Counted from the first letter of the stretch, positions 1-10,060 are shown. The stretch: DNA of 64,000 nt from Nitrosopumilus sp. (GCA_963662625.1 OY759726.1:992001-1056000), one strand, 5' to 3'. Numbers and translations are program-made. The notes: generated by a model from the letters alone, not told the origin.

Positions 1-847
1 GGGAGCTGTAATGCGCCTGCTCGCGCCCCACCTGGGTGACAAGAAGACGGATCCCGCCGTGATAGTGATCGACGACAAGGCCACCTTCGTAATCAGCGCG
101 CTGTCGGGGCACCTGGGGGGAGCGAACATGCTGGCCGAGAGGATCGCCCGCAGGCTGGACTCGGTGCCGGTAATCACGACCGCCGCCGACGTCAACAAGA
201 CGATCGCCGTGGACCTGCTCGGGAGGGATCTGGGCTGGAGGATCGACGACGAGTCCACCGTGACGAGGGTCAGCGCGTACATGGTAAACGAGGAGAAGAT
301 CGGGGTGTTCCAGGACGCCGGAAAGCGGGACTGGTACAGGAAACTCCCGAAGAACGTGGAGCTGTTCGACGACCTGGACGCGATGAAGAATTCCGGCGCG
401 AAGGGCTTCCTGGTCATATCCGACAGGATCCTGGAGGGGGACTTTTTGAGGGACGCGGTGGTGTACAGGCCCCCCACCCTGGTAATGGGCGTGGGGCTCC
501 ACTGGGACACGCCAAAGGACACCATCAAGGAGGGCATAAGGCACTGCCTCGAAAGGCACGGGCTGAGCCTAAAGTCGGTCTTCAGGCTGGCGTCGATAAA
601 GAAGCCCCTGCCCATCCAGGGGCTGGCGGAGGCGGCCAGCGACCTGGGCCTGGATATGGAATACCTTCCCGGGGAGACGCTGGCGGAGATAGACGTACCG
701 AACCCGTCGGACACGGTGAAGGCATTCGAGGGCACGCGCAGCGTGTCAGAGGCCGCGGCACTCAAGATCTCCGGCGGGGAGCTGGTGGTGGAAAAGCAAA
801 AGTTCCCGCCGAACCTGACAATAGCCGTGGCGAGGAGGGCCCAATGA
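1..847 (+). CDS. cbiG: Cobalt-precorrin-5A hydrolase CbiG (5' end probably before the window)
   Basis: DPAVIVID..VISALSGHLGGAN, PVITTAAD and SVSEAAAL motifs; frame is open back to base 2 (GAV-MRL); first gene of the cobalamin cluster. Confidence 0.9.
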   Translation, partial: GAVMRLLAPHLGDKKTDPAVIVIDDKATFVISALSGHLGGANMLAERIARRLDSVPVITTAADVNKTIAVDLLGRDLGWRIDDESTVTRVSAYMVNEEKIGVFQDAGKRDWYRKLPKNVELFDDLDAMKNSGAKGFLVISDRILEGDFLRDAVVYRPPTLVMGVGLHWDTPKDTIKEGIRHCLERHGLSLKSVFRLASIKKPLPIQGLAEAASDLGLDMEYLPGETLAEIDVPNPSDTVKAFEGTRSVSEAAALKISGGELVVEKQKFPPNLTIAVARRAQ

Positions 848-1596
848 AGCGGGGCCTGCTGCTGATAGACAGGGGCAGCAGGGCGAGGGAGGCGTCCGAG
901 GAGCTGGAGGCCATATGCGCCGCGATACAGTCTAGGGCCGACTATGCCTTTGCCGACTACTGCTTCCTTGAGGTGGAGCCGCCCTACATAGAGGACGGCA
1001 TCAGGAGGTGCCTGAAAAACGGCATCGACGCGCTGACCATCGTCCCGTTCTTCCTCTACCCGGGAAAGAAGGTGAAAAACGCCGTGACCGACGCCATGAA
1101 GTTCCAGAAGGGGACCTCGGTGAAGTTCGTGGTGACAAAGCCGATGAGCATGCACAGGGCGCTGGTCGACCTCGTGGACAGCAGGATACGGGCGGCGCTG
1201 GAGGAGAACGGGGTAGGCCTGCCAAAAAGCGGGGTCGACGTGCTGATCATAGGGCACGGCAGCGTGGATCCCAACGCGCAGATGTCGATGAACTTCGTGG
1301 TCGACGGGCTGAGGAAGGACTACAGGAACGTGGACCGGTGCTGGCTGGAGATAGAGCAGCCGGACATACCGGCGGGGGTAAGCGCGTCGGCGAAGAACGG
1401 CCCCCGGGCCCTGGTGATCGTCTTTTACTTCCTGCACGAGGGCATCCACGTCAAGACCGACATAAACAACGAGCTCCTCCCCGCGCTTGAAAGGTCCGGC
1501 CTGGACAACGTGTTTGTAACGAGGCACCTGGGGGCAGACGAGAGGATAATCGACCTCATACTGGAGAGGGCCGCGGAGGTGGAGGGTGCAGACTAG
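844..1596 (+). CDS. cbiX: Sirohydrochlorin cobaltochelatase, two-domain CbiX
   Basis: Duplicated CbiX folds (RGSR..FLE..P / GHGS..WLE..P, FLHEGIHV); cobalamin cluster context. Confidence 0.85.
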   Translation: MKRGLLLIDRGSRAREASEELEAICAAIQSRADYAFADYCFLEVEPPYIEDGIRRCLKNGIDALTIVPFFLYPGKKVKNAVTDAMKFQKGTSVKFVVTKPMSMHRALVDLVDSRIRAALEENGVGLPKSGVDVLIIGHGSVDPNAQMSMNFVVDGLRKDYRNVDRCWLEIEQPDIPAGVSASAKNGPRALVIVFYFLHEGIHVKTDINNELLPALERSGLDNVFVTRHLGADERIIDLILERAAEVEGAD

Positions 1597-2224
1597 GAAG
1601 GGCCAGTCCATAGAGGACGCAAGCATGCGGATCATCGAGGCCGAGGCGGGGGATCACGGGTACGGCCCGGAGGAGTGGCCGGTGGTCAGGCGCGTCATCC
1701 ACTCCACGGCTGACTTTGACTTTGCCGGAAAGAACAGGATCATATTCCACGGGGGCGCCGTCGCCGGCGGGATCCGGGCCATCCGCGGAGGGAAGAGCGT
1801 CGTGGTCGACGTCAACGGCGTGATCGGGGGGCTGAACAAGCAGAACCCGAAGGACTTTGGAAACGCGGTCGTCTGCAACATATCGGGCAAGGAGGTGGCG
1901 GCGCTGGCAAAAAAAGAGGGCAAGACGCGCTCGCAGGTGGCCATGAGGGCCGCCGCGCCCGACATGGACGGGGGGATAGTGGCAATAGGCAACGCGCCCA
2001 CGGCGCTGCTGGAGGTGGTCGAGATGGCCCGGGAAGGGGCGGTAAGGCCTGCCCTGGTCATCGGCATCCCGGTGGGCTTTATCTCCGCGGCCGAGTCAAA
2101 GGAGGAGCTTGCCAAGCTGGACGTCCCGTTCATCACCAACGTCGGCAGGAAGGGGGGGAGCCCCGCGGCGTCGGCCATACTCAACGCGCTCTACAAGCTG
2201 GCGAGGGGCCCGTCACCGCCTTGA
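1586..2224 (+). CDS. cbiC: Precorrin-8X methylmutase
   Basis: RRVIHSTADFD, IGNAPTAL, PVGFISAAESK and GRKGGS motifs. Confidence 0.95.
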   Translation: MQTRKGQSIEDASMRIIEAEAGDHGYGPEEWPVVRRVIHSTADFDFAGKNRIIFHGGAVAGGIRAIRGGKSVVVDVNGVIGGLNKQNPKDFGNAVVCNISGKEVAALAKKEGKTRSQVAMRAAAPDMDGGIVAIGNAPTALLEVVEMAREGAVRPALVIGIPVGFISAAESKEELAKLDVPFITNVGRKGGSPAASAILNALYKLARGPSPP

Positions 2225-3568
2225 GAATCCCTCGCAGTGGCTGACGAACCGCCGGGCGTGGTCGGACCTGTCGAAGTACAGGTGCCCGTACGACGCGAGG
2301 GTGTTCGCGAGCATCAGCCCGTCGCGGCCGCCCTCGATCCCGTCGCCGATCTCAAGCTCGTACGCGAACCTCGAGTCCTGGGGGACGGAGACCAGCTCGG
2401 AATAGTGGAACTCGTGGCCGTAAAGCACGCGGGACCCGCCCGAGATTATGCTGCCGGCGACGGCCCTTCCTCTGGTGTAGTTCAGCCTCATCCTGCCGGT
2501 CATCCTGGTCTCGGCGTCAAAGACCCCTGCCATCCTGTACCTCCTGCCGCCGTAGTCGATGGACTTGGTCAGGTACATCAGGCCCCCGCACTCGGCGTAG
2601 ACCGGCATGCCCGCGCCGGAGAGCTTCTTGATCTCCCCCATCATGCGCCGGTTTTTCTCGAGGGCCTCCCCGCGGATCTCCGGGAAGCCCCCCCCGACGT
2701 AGATCCCGTCTGACTCCGGCGGCGCGCGGTCCCGGGCCGGGCTGAAGAATTCCAGGGACGCGCCCTCCCTCCGCAGCGCGTCTAGGTTGTCGCGGTAGTA
2801 GAAGTTAAAAGAGTCGTCCAGCGCGACTGCGATCACGGCCCTCGCCTTTTTTGCCGCGGGCCCCGGGGCCCTGGGCAGCGGGGGAGGGCCCGTGAGGATC
2901 CCGACTATCCCCTCCATGTCCAGCGAGTCCGCGACCGACCTCGCGGCGGCGGCGAGCCTCTTCCGCACCCGCCCCCCCTCCGCGGCCGGGACCAGCCCGA
3001 GGTGCCGAGACTCGAGCTCGAGCGAGGCGTCCTTGTAGACCGCCCCGAGCACCGGCAGGCGGACCCGCCGCAGGGCCTGCCTGCACAGGGACTCGTGCCT
3101 TTCGGATCCGATCCTGTTGAGGATTATTCCCGAGATGCGGGAGTTCCTGTGGAACCTCTGAAAGCCGAGCGCCGTGGCCGCCACGGAACGCGACGCCTTG
3201 CTGGCGTCCAGCACCAGTACGACGGGCGACCTTGTTATGCTGGCGACGTGGTGGGTGCTGGCAAAGTCAGAGTCCCCGCGGGCGCCGTCATAAAAGCCCA
3301 TCACCCCCTCGATCACCGAGACGTCGCACGCGGAGTTGGCCGTGAAGCTCTCAAGCACGCGCCTCCTCCCCATCAGCCAGGCGTCGAGGTTGCGCGCATC
3401 GCGGCCTGAGGCGCTGGACAGGTAGCCGGGATCGATATAGTCCGGACCCACCTTGAACGGCTGCACGGAGTAGCCCAGCCCACGCAGCGCGTGGATCAGC
3501 CCGCACGATACCAGGGTCTTCCCGACCCCGCTGGTCGCGCCGGCCAGCACGATCCTGGGAATCTTCAA
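2213..3568 (-). CDS. cbiA: Cobyrinate a,c-diamide synthase
   Basis: SGVGKT, FKVGPDYIDP, EGVMG, AECGGLMYL and GHEFHYS motifs. Confidence 0.95.
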   Translation of the reverse strand: MKIPRIVLAGATSGVGKTLVSCGLIHALRGLGYSVQPFKVGPDYIDPGYLSSASGRDARNLDAWLMGRRRVLESFTANSACDVSVIEGVMGFYDGARGDSDFASTHHVASITRSPVVLVLDASKASRSVAATALGFQRFHRNSRISGIILNRIGSERHESLCRQALRRVRLPVLGAVYKDASLELESRHLGLVPAAEGGRVRKRLAAAARSVADSLDMEGIVGILTGPPPLPRAPGPAAKKARAVIAVALDDSFNFYYRDNLDALRREGASLEFFSPARDRAPPESDGIYVGGGFPEIRGEALEKNRRMMGEIKKLSGAGMPVYAECGGLMYLTKSIDYGGRRYRMAGVFDAETRMTGRMRLNYTRGRAVAGSIISGGSRVLYGHEFHYSELVSVPQDSRFAYELEIGDGIEGGRDGLMLANTLASYGHLYFDRSDHARRFVSHCEGFSRR

Positions 3569-3656
3569 CTTGCATGTGTGGCGCCTGTTTTTTATTTAAA
3601 CTGATGCACCGGGCCCGCGCCTTAATCTTTTTACCGGCATCGCGCCACATACGGTC

Positions 3657-4190
3657 ATGGGAGGGGACGGCCTCGTGATAGTGTACACGGGGGGCGGGAA
3701 GGGAAAGACCACGGCCGCACTGGGACTGGCACTCAGGGCGGCCGGACACGGGAGGAGGACGTGCATGGTCCAGTTCATAAAGGGCTCGTGGCACTACGGG
3801 GAGATGGACTCCTCGAGGCGCCTGGAGCCGGAGTTTGAGATGGTGGCGGTGGGGAAGGGGTTCGTCGGGATAATCGACGACAAGACCCCAAAGGAGGACC
3901 ACGCGGCGATCGCGCGGGAGGCGGTAAAGGTGAGCAGGGAGAGGATCCTGTCTGGCAGGTACGACGTCGTGATCCTGGACGAGATAAACTATGCGGTCGA
4001 CCTGGGGCTGGTGGACGTCTCAGACGTGCTGGGCCTGGTGCGGTCCAGGCCGGCCGGCGTGGACCTTGTCCTGACGGGCAACCACGCCAGGGACGAGGTC
4101 GTCGGGGAGGCGGACCTGGTCACGGAGATGAGGGAGGTCAAGCACCCCTTCCGGCGCGGGATCAAGGCCAGGAAGGGGATCGATTTCTAG
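3657..4190 (+). CDS. cobO: Cob(I)yrinic acid a,c-diamide adenosyltransferase (CobO/CobA/BtuR)
   Basis: YTGGGKGKTTAALG, QFIKG, ILDEI, C-terminal KHPF..GIDF. Confidence 0.95.
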   Translation: MGGDGLVIVYTGGGKGKTTAALGLALRAAGHGRRTCMVQFIKGSWHYGEMDSSRRLEPEFEMVAVGKGFVGIIDDKTPKEDHAAIAREAVKVSRERILSGRYDVVILDEINYAVDLGLVDVSDVLGLVRSRPAGVDLVLTGNHARDEVVGEADLVTEMREVKHPFRRGIKARKGIDF

Positions 4191-4226
4191 GCAACATTAA
4201 ATTACGCATGGCGGATTTTAGAAGAA

Positions 4227-5024
4227 ATGGCGACAGAGATGCAGGAGATGCCAGAGCGGGGGGAGATCGTGATGACCACGGTCGCCAAGGTCATGGATCA
4301 CGGGGCGTACGTGAACCTGGACGAGTACGATGACATCCAGGGCTTTCTGCACATCTCGGAGATCGCGCCGGGGTGGATACGCTCGGTCAGCCGGTTCGTC
4401 AAGCCCGGCGAGAAGAAGGTGCTGCTGGTAAAGAAGGTGAACGCGAAGAGGGGCGACATCGACCTCTCCCTGAAGCAGGTCTCCAAGGACCAGAAGAAGC
4501 AGAAGCTAAAGGAGGTCAAGAAGTTCGAGAAGGGCAAGACGCTGCTGCAGGGCGTCAAGGAGAAGGCGGGAATGTCGGACGGGGAGATCGAGAGCCTCGA
4601 GGACGGCATCTATTCCAGGTTCGACTCCGTGTACGACGCGTTCCTCGCGATCTGCAGGAACGGGATGGGCGCCGTAAAGGACGTCAAGATGACCAAAAAG
4701 ACGGCCGAGGCCGTGGAGGAGGTCTGCTCGAAGATCAAGCCCCCCTCGGTGGAGATCCGGGGGGTCATGGAGATCACGAGCAGCAGCCCCGACGGCGTCG
4801 AGATCATCAGGAAGGTCCTGCTTGACGCCGCCAAGAGCGACCCGACGATAACCGTCTCGTACCTCGGGGCCCCGAAATACAGGCTGTCCGTCACGGCGGA
4901 GGACTTTAAGACCGCCGAAAAGGCGCTAAAGCCGGTCATAACCGAGATCCAGCGCAGCGTGGAGAGGAAGAAGGGCTCCTTCAAGTTTAACAGGGAGGAG
5001 TCAAAGAAGACCAGGGAGGGATGA
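4227..5024 (+). CDS. eif2a: Translation initiation factor aIF-2 alpha
   Basis: S1 domain (GAYVNLDEY..GFLHISEI), YLGAPKYR; directly followed by nop10. Confidence 0.95.
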   Translation: MATEMQEMPERGEIVMTTVAKVMDHGAYVNLDEYDDIQGFLHISEIAPGWIRSVSRFVKPGEKKVLLVKKVNAKRGDIDLSLKQVSKDQKKQKLKEVKKFEKGKTLLQGVKEKAGMSDGEIESLEDGIYSRFDSVYDAFLAICRNGMGAVKDVKMTKKTAEAVEEVCSKIKPPSVEIRGVMEITSSSPDGVEIIRKVLLDAAKSDPTITVSYLGAPKYRLSVTAEDFKTAEKALKPVITEIQRSVERKKGSFKFNREESKKTREG

Positions 5025-5025
5025 C

Positions 5026-5187
5026 GTGAGGTTTCAGATGAGAAGGTGCAAGGAATGCCGCACGTACTCGCTCATGGCGGCGTGCCCCCGGTGCGAGGGC
5101 GAGACGGTATCCGCGCACCCGGCAAAATTCTCGCCGGACGACAAGTACATGAGGTACAGGCTGGCAGAAAGGTACGGCCAGGCCTGA
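5026..5187 (+). CDS. nop10: H/ACA RNP protein Nop10 (53 aa, not in ORF track)
   Basis: Read from DNA with GTG start: MRFQMRRCKECRTYSL..CPRCEGETVSAHPAKFSPDDKYMRYR; conserved position after aIF2 alpha. Confidence 0.92.
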   Translation: MRFQMRRCKECRTYSLMAACPRCEGETVSAHPAKFSPDDKYMRYRLAERYGQA

Positions 5188-5257
5188 CCGCTGGGCACCG
5201 TAAAGGGGAGGCGCCAAGTTTTCCAAGGCGCGGGCTGGCAGACGGCTACGGCCAGGC

Positions 5258-5710
5258 CTACGGGGCGTACCTGCCCTCAAGCCTCGCCTCCTCCAGAACG
5301 TGGCCCCTGATGGAATCCTCCACCTGGCTCTTGCGCGAGCCGGCGGGCAGCCCCAGCTTCCTGTCCAGCGCGTACAGCTTGAAGACGTACGTGTGCTCCC
5401 TGTCGGGGGGAGCCGGGCCGCCGTAGCCTGACTGGCCAAAGTCGGTCTCGCCCTGGACCGCGCCGCCTGGAACGGAGTTTTCGGCAAAGTCCGCGGCAGC
5501 CGGGTCGATGTCCCACACCACCCAGTGCACCCAGACCTTCCCGACTGCGCCCATGGCGTCCGGATCGTCCATGATCAGGGCCAGGGACTCTGTCCCCGCC
5601 GGTATCCCGGAGACGCCCAAGGGGGGGCTTGCGTTGCCGTTCTTGTACCCGTGCCTCCGCGGAATCTCCTGCCCGTGCCCGAATGCCTCGCTCTGCAGGG
5701 TCAGCGCCAT
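5258..5710 (-). CDS. YbhB/YbcL (PEBP/Raf kinase inhibitor-like) protein
   Basis: SLALIMDDPDA, WVHWVVWDI, YGGPAPP..HTYVFKLYALD. Confidence 0.92.
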   Translation of the reverse strand: MALTLQSEAFGHGQEIPRRHGYKNGNASPPLGVSGIPAGTESLALIMDDPDAMGAVGKVWVHWVVWDIDPAAADFAENSVPGGAVQGETDFGQSGYGGPAPPDREHTYVFKLYALDRKLGLPAGSRKSQVEDSIRGHVLEEARLEGRYAP

Positions 5711-5742
5711 GGCCTATGAACGGGGCCCCCGCAAGTTAAATT

Positions 5743-6111
5743 TTACGGCTCGAGGACGATCCTGTCGTTCGCGAACGACAGGACGGAGCCGCCGTTGGCC
5801 TTGACCTGCCTCTTCAGCCCTCGGTCCATCGTGCCCACTATGCAGCGGTTCTCCCTGGCATAGCCGGCCAGCGCGGGATCCGCGAACGTCCCCGGGATCG
5901 GGACGGTCTTGAAGTTCTTGACCAGGTCCAGCGTGGCGGCCGCCTCTGCGGCCTTTGCCTTGCCCACCCTCAGCCTTTCCAGCTCGGCCCTTACCACCTG
6001 CGGCACGACGAACTCCAGCTGCCCTATGTCGGCGGGCAGGCTGTCCAGGTTCCTGATCCTCGCGGTCGCCATGTGGATCAGGAAGCTCGTGTCGCAGATG
6101 ACGTCAACCAA
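5743..6111 (-). CDS. PIN-domain protein (Fcf1/Utp24-like)
   Basis: VICDTSFL, VPQVVRAEL, VGTMDRGL; conserved position after aIF2 gamma. Confidence 0.85.
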   Translation of the reverse strand: MVDVICDTSFLIHMATARIRNLDSLPADIGQLEFVVPQVVRAELERLRVGKAKAAEAAATLDLVKNFKTVPIPGTFADPALAGYARENRCIVGTMDRGLKRQVKANGGSVLSFANDRIVLEP

Positions 6112-7366
6112 CCGTTCCCGCCCCGATCAGCCGCCACCTGTCGGCGATCCTGCGGCTTATGGCCACGTTCCCGCCCTCGAATATGCAGGCGGGCCTCCGG
6201 AGCTCGATCTCGACGGAGCCGGCCTTGGCCTTGGAGACCTGGCCCAGGATCGGCGCCGTGCCTATGTTCAGCCGGAGGAGCTCGCCTGCCTGGATTGGGG
6301 CCACCTTGGTGTCCTCCACGGCCCCGACTGCGGAGTCGAACAGGCTCACGCCAAGCTCCACCCGTACCGAGTTGTCCGGCAGGGTCCCCGGCCTGCCTAT
6401 CACGGACCCGATAAACGAGTCGCTCCTGGTCATCGCCGGATCCAGCCTCGTGCCTATCGCCACCAGCCCGCCGGGCTTCACGGAATCCACGATTCCCGCG
6501 GCAGTGCCAAGCGATGTTATCTCGGTGTGCAGGGGCTCGTACCCCTTGTTTTTTTCGTTGACTATCCCGGGCTTGATCTCTATCTCGTCGCCCACGTTGA
6601 ACGCGCCCTGCGTCAGGCTGCCGCCTATCACGCCGCCCTTCATGTCCCCTATCCCCGTGCCGGGCTTGTTGATGTCAAAGGACCGGAGCACGTGCATGAT
6701 GGACTCCTTGGACTCGTCGAGTTCGGGGGTCTTTATCGTGCCCTCTATGGCCCCGATCAACGCGTCGACGTTCAGGCTTGACTGCGCCGAGACGGGCACG
6801 ATGGGCGACTTTGCGGCATTCGTGCCCCTCACGAACTTTGCAATGTCCTGGTAGTTTGCCATGGCCTCCTTGTACGTGAGCAGGTCGACCTTGTTCTGTA
6901 CCACGACGATCTGCTGCATTCCCAGGGTCTCGAGGGCCAGCAGGTGTTCCTTGGTCTGGGGCCGAGGGACCTTCTCGTTTGCGGCCACCACCAGCAGCGC
7001 GCCGTCCATCAGCGCGGAGCCCGAGAGCATGTTCGCCATGAGGCTTTCGTGCCCGGGGCTGTCGACGAAGCTCACCACCCTGGACAGCTCGCTCTCCCCC
7101 CCGCAGTTGCCGCACTTTGGGGCGGTGGAGTAGCACAGGGGATCCTCGCACGCCTTGCACTTGTAGAACGCCGCATCCGAATAGCCGACGCGAATGGTGA
7201 TCCCCCTCTTGAGCTCCTGGCTGTGGACGCTCGTCCAGGAGCCGGTCAGCGCCTGGATCAGCGTGGTCTTGCCGTGGTCCACGTGGCCCGCCGTGCCTAT
7301 GTTGACGCACGGCTGGTAGCCGTATTTCTTCACGTACCAGTCCGGAAGCGTCTCTCTCCAGTGCAT
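6104..7366 (-). CDS. eif2g: Translation initiation factor aIF-2 gamma
   Basis: GHVDHGKTT, RGITIRVGY, Zn ribbon, DSPGHE, NKVD, WRLIG. Confidence 0.97.
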   Translation of the reverse strand: MHWRETLPDWYVKKYGYQPCVNIGTAGHVDHGKTTLIQALTGSWTSVHSQELKRGITIRVGYSDAAFYKCKACEDPLCYSTAPKCGNCGGESELSRVVSFVDSPGHESLMANMLSGSALMDGALLVVAANEKVPRPQTKEHLLALETLGMQQIVVVQNKVDLLTYKEAMANYQDIAKFVRGTNAAKSPIVPVSAQSSLNVDALIGAIEGTIKTPELDESKESIMHVLRSFDINKPGTGIGDMKGGVIGGSLTQGAFNVGDEIEIKPGIVNEKNKGYEPLHTEITSLGTAAGIVDSVKPGGLVAIGTRLDPAMTRSDSFIGSVIGRPGTLPDNSVRVELGVSLFDSAVGAVEDTKVAPIQAGELLRLNIGTAPILGQVSKAKAGSVEIELRRPACIFEGGNVAISRRIADRWRLIGAGTVG

Positions 7367-7397
7367 GGATCAAGGGGAAGGCGCGGCATATGTTAAG

Positions 7398-7793
7398 TTA
7401 TTCTTTTTTCTCTTCCCCGCCTTCGGCGGGCGCCGGCCGTTCCTGGGCTGGCAGCTCCCCGTCGAGCCTGCAGTTTACCTGGTAGATCTCCTCGGATATG
7501 GTGTTTCCCCGCATGAGCTTTCTCACCCTCTGGCCGGTCTGCGCCGCCCGCAGCCCCACGCCCTTGGAAAGCAGGACGTGTTTTCTCGCGGCCGTGTGGA
7601 TGTCGCCCCGCATCGGGACGCCGGACTTGTCGCTGCCTCCGGTCACCCTCAGCTTGCCATCGAGGCCCACGATTCCGGCGTCGGCCTCCTGGCCGATCTC
7701 AAGGCCCAGCAGCGGGACCGCGTCGGCCTCCTTCAGTTCTTTCGTGATGGATCTTCCCTTGGTGTCTGACACTGTAAGCTTGAAGTTCGCCAA
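7398..7793 (-). CDS. rps6e: 30S ribosomal protein S6e
   Basis: TGGSDKSGVPMR, RVRKLMRGNTI; TTG start at 7793 chosen (MANFKL). Confidence 0.93.
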   Translation of the reverse strand: MANFKLTVSDTKGRSITKELKEADAVPLLGLEIGQEADAGIVGLDGKLRVTGGSDKSGVPMRGDIHTAARKHVLLSKGVGLRAAQTGQRVRKLMRGNTISEEIYQVNCRLDGELPAQERPAPAEGGEEKKE

Positions 7794-7935
7794 GTGTTCC
7801 AGAGACAAGCCGTGCTACTAATTAACCTTTGGTCATTGCCGGCGCAAACCCGGGGCCCCCTCCGGCCCGCGCCCGGTTGGGGAACGCGCGCCGGCCTTGT
7901 GCCGCCGCGCCTGCGCAGTTTCGCCCAACCCGGGT

Positions 7936-8109
7936 TTAAAACCCGGGCCTTTTGGGGATATAGTCTGCGGCCATGTTGATCGCCTGATCCTTCATGATCT
8001 CCAGGTAGGCGTCATAGCCTGCCTCGAAGTTGCAGTGGGGGCACTTTACCCTAGTGATCTCGTCGTCCAGAACCGCCACCCGCTCGCATTCGGGGCATTT
8101 TGCGTCCAT
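7936..8109 (-). CDS. Small zinc-ribbon protein (57 aa, not in ORF track)
   Basis: Read from DNA: MDAKCPECERVAVLDDEITRVKCPHCNFEAGYDAYLEIMKDQAINMAADYIPKRPGF; two CxxC pairs; divergent from tRNA-Gly. Confidence 0.75.
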   Translation of the reverse strand: MDAKCPECERVAVLDDEITRVKCPHCNFEAGYDAYLEIMKDQAINMAADYIPKRPGF

Positions 8110-8160
8110 GCCGCTATTATGCGGTCAAGGTATTTAATCATAGTTGACATATGGGAATTG

Positions 8161-8237
8161 GCGGAGTTAGTCTAGATCGGTATGACGTCAGCTTCCCAAG
8201 CTGAAGGCCGCGGGTTCAAATCCCGCACTCCGCACCA
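8161..8237 (+). tRNA. tRNA-Gly(CCC)
   Basis: GCGGAGT/ACTCCGC acceptor stem, TCAGC-TTCCCAA-GCTGA anticodon arm, GGTTCAAATCC T arm, encoded CCA. Confidence 0.95.
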
Positions 8238-8293
8238 CATGTAGGGCCGGCCTTCCCGGCAGTGCCGCGAGGATCCGACGCCGCCCCACGTAT

Positions 8294-8530
8294 TTGGCTG
8301 CGGGGCGTTGCCAGTCCCCCCACCGCCGGCGCATTAGCGAGGGATTTCTGGGAAGACTGGGGGTCGCATTTCCAGTGGGGGAAAGCGGCCCAACCCGCAA
8401 CAGGATCAGGCACGGCACGTCCAACGTCCTGCACGACAGCACGGGGGAGATGCAGGAGCCGGTACGTGCCATGCTCGGCAACGGGGAGGTCAAGACCGTC
8501 AAGATGGTCCAATATTTAACACCGTAACTA
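8294..8530 (+). pseudogene. IS630-family transposase C-terminal relic
   Basis: HGTSNVLHDSTGEMQEPVRAMLGNGEVKTVKMVQYL aligns by eye with HTANRLYGSADEMKESIGTMLRTGEIKVAKMSDYL of the IS630 at 59.7 kb. Confidence 0.7.
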
Positions 8531-8904
8531 CGGCCAGCCGCCCGGCTCCCACGGGGCGCGCCTGATCGCGGACGGGGCGTGCGCGTCGCGGGACAACGTG
8601 CGGAGGTGCCGCGGCATGGGCGTGGGGCCGACCGTCCCGGCCAGGGTAGCGCCCGCCGCCAGGTGCAAGGGCGCCGGCGGCGCGTGGGGCGGGGCGGCGT
8701 CTGGCCGCCGGGGCCGCCTTTCCAACGATTCCCTACCGTGGGATCCCCGGGCTGTGCACATGCCGCCCCACGCACTGGACTCCTGACGTGCCCGACGATG
8801 TTCTGGGACGGCCTGCGCCCGCGGTTTCCGGCGTCTTCACGCCCAAAAGGCATGCCGCAAACCGATATAAATTGCCATATAACGGGGGCGCGTAACCCCT
8901 TCCA

Positions 8905-9894
8905 ATGACTGGAAAAAACGCGAAAACGATGTTGTTTGCCACTTTGATCGCTGCGATGAGTCTGCCGTTTGCTGCAATGCCAGTTTCTTCAGCAGAGTCT
9001 ACAACACCAAATACGGATGTGCTAATAGAGCGGGAATGGGCTACTAGTGAAAAAGAGCGAAACGCACATGATGCTTTTATTGCGTATGTTAAGCACGACA
9101 TGCCCGATAATGGTTGGAATAAAGATATTCTAAAACAAAATATCAAACTCTACAACTTGGAGACAGAGATAGGACGTGATGTTGATGGGTATGAACTAGT
9201 GGCATTAGTTGCTCAGAAAAATAAGATTTTTGGTTCTTACTTCCCGACTCATGCCGAGAAAAAACTCCATGATTGGGCGCTATCGCAGTATAAGATTCCA
9301 ACAACTCTGGAAGGAATTCAAGAACGATTCAGAGAGATTGTAGGAAATGGTAACGAAGACAGATCCCTCGCCATAGTGAACATTCTTAACCATATGGCGA
9401 ATCATGGAAATGTAGGCGGTGTGGTTCATGCATCAGATCCTAAATTCTGGAGCAATGTGGGGGTCACGTCATTATGTAATTACATAACTGTCTGTGGGGA
9501 TATGATAAGCGACGAAGTAAATCCAAGTGGACAGTTACGATTAGTAAATTCTGCCCACAAACATACAGCAACTGCTTATGTCGTATACGACCCATGCGAG
9601 ACCACCAACGATACATGTACTGTATTTACATACAATCATGGCAGTGGCCCACAAGAACAAACTTTCAATTCCCCCGATCATGTACAAGATGAGGCAGTAT
9701 ACGCTTCACTGACAAACTATTCCAATACGGCCAATAGCGTCATTGTTGAAACTAAAATCGTTGCCCCGTTGGCTGGAGGCTCGGTGGCTGGATTCGATAA
9801 TGATGGGTATGTGATTAAGACTGGCAACATGAACAACCCAAATGCATATGCAGAAAGTTACATCGAGATTAAATTTACTAGCAATGCTTGGTAA
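8905..9894 (+). CDS. Secreted hypothetical protein (329 aa), AT-rich island
   Basis: Signal peptide KTMLFATLIAAMSLPFAAMPVSSA; intact ORF; visibly lower GC than flanks. Confidence 0.8.
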   Translation: MTGKNAKTMLFATLIAAMSLPFAAMPVSSAESTTPNTDVLIEREWATSEKERNAHDAFIAYVKHDMPDNGWNKDILKQNIKLYNLETEIGRDVDGYELVALVAQKNKIFGSYFPTHAEKKLHDWALSQYKIPTTLEGIQERFREIVGNGNEDRSLAIVNILNHMANHGNVGGVVHASDPKFWSNVGVTSLCNYITVCGDMISDEVNPSGQLRLVNSAHKHTATAYVVYDPCETTNDTCTVFTYNHGSGPQEQTFNSPDHVQDEAVYASLTNYSNTANSVIVETKIVAPLAGGSVAGFDNDGYVIKTGNMNNPNAYAESYIEIKFTSNAW

Positions 9895-10060
9895 AGTCCA
9901 CATCTTTTTTTTGGTCATAATGCTATAGGAGCGGTGTCCTATCTTCTCCCATGCATGCATCCATCCATCGCCCAAGCAGGATGCGCTAGAATATATGGCA
10001 CCCGTTATCCTGTTTCAGTACTTGCGAACACATATTTTGATATGTAACTAGTGTAATGCC

